DNA from: a virus
Lineage: Duplodnaviria; Caudoviricetes
DNA: 35,617 bases
Strand: one strand, 5' to 3'
Virus record (IMG/VR): IMGVR_UViG_3300044723_002159
Coordinates: 1 to 35,617 of that record
Every line of letters starts with the position of its first letter. Positions within the stretch are counted from its first letter, which is position 1. The notes beneath the pieces are model-generated. The model was not told the DNA's origin, did no database searches, and saw only the letters and a list, made by a program, of their open reading frames with translations. Below are positions 35,434-35,617 of the stretch, piece by piece. The position numbers and the translations under genes were made by a program.

Positions 35434-35617
35434 ATGGCATTAACAGAAACTAACATAGTAAACGCTTTTGAAACTACCTTAGCTGCACAATTAGCTAGTG
35501 GTGGTACAACAATGAATTTAACAGATGACCCAGGTGTAGCAGCACCTGCGTATTTTGTAATTGCACCTGATAGCGACAGTGCAAGAGAAGTAATTAAATG
35601 GGATAGTGGTGCTTATA
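35434..35617 (+). CDS. N-terminus of a probable tail fibre, truncated by the window edge
   Basis: MALTETNIVNAFETTLAAQL...FVIAPDSDSAREVI; GGAG RBS; open to the window end. Confidence 0.6.
   Translation, partial: MALTETNIVNAFETTLAAQLASGGTTMNLTDDPGVAAPAYFVIAPDSDSAREVIKWDSGAY

Noticed and set aside
10324-35456. Minus-strand track ORFs within the structural operon, and the nested plus ORF 23171-23362
   Set aside because: Shadow frames of long genes; no independent initiation signals or motifs.
1-35617. Stop-codon reassignment, introns/inteins, or a DGR/retron system
   Set aside because: Long ORFs tile the window under the standard code; TerL and capsid look uninterrupted; no reverse transcriptase motif was recognised.

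Overview
This window is most of an AT-rich, podovirus-like tailed phage genome. The host is inferred to be a low-GC Actinobacterium, possibly Ca. Actinomarina-like: early genes use AGAAAGG ribosome-binding sites, the holin resembles the r1t family, and there is an actinophage-type metallophosphoesterase. Layout: (1) 1-2597 (+), end of the late operon, with a DUF5675-type putative endolysin, a holin and a metallophosphoesterase; (2) 2594-6996 (-), an early/middle operon with an SSAP-like recombinase, two HTH proteins, an SGNH hydrolase and microproteins; (3) 7050-8430 (+), small early genes, three with their own promoter; (4) 8430-9460, a ~1 kb non-coding control region; (5) 9463-35617 (+), the morphogenesis operon: basic microproteins, TerL, portal, ~16 kb of probable ejection proteins, scaffold, major capsid, tail tube A/B-like proteins and the start of a tail fibre. 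I recognise no polymerase, primase, helicase, integrase, tRNA or CRISPR array. The most unusual signals are non-coding. These are a minus-strand array of four abutting stem-loops joined at AGCT junctions (6396-6705), further candidate sRNAs including one carrying an anti-Shine-Dalgarno sequence, tandem NrdR-box-like operators around a G-tract region and on the capsid promoter, and two tandem H-type pseudoknots in the scaffold/capsid leader. All protein calls come from motif recognition and gene order by eye; no searches or folding computations were run.
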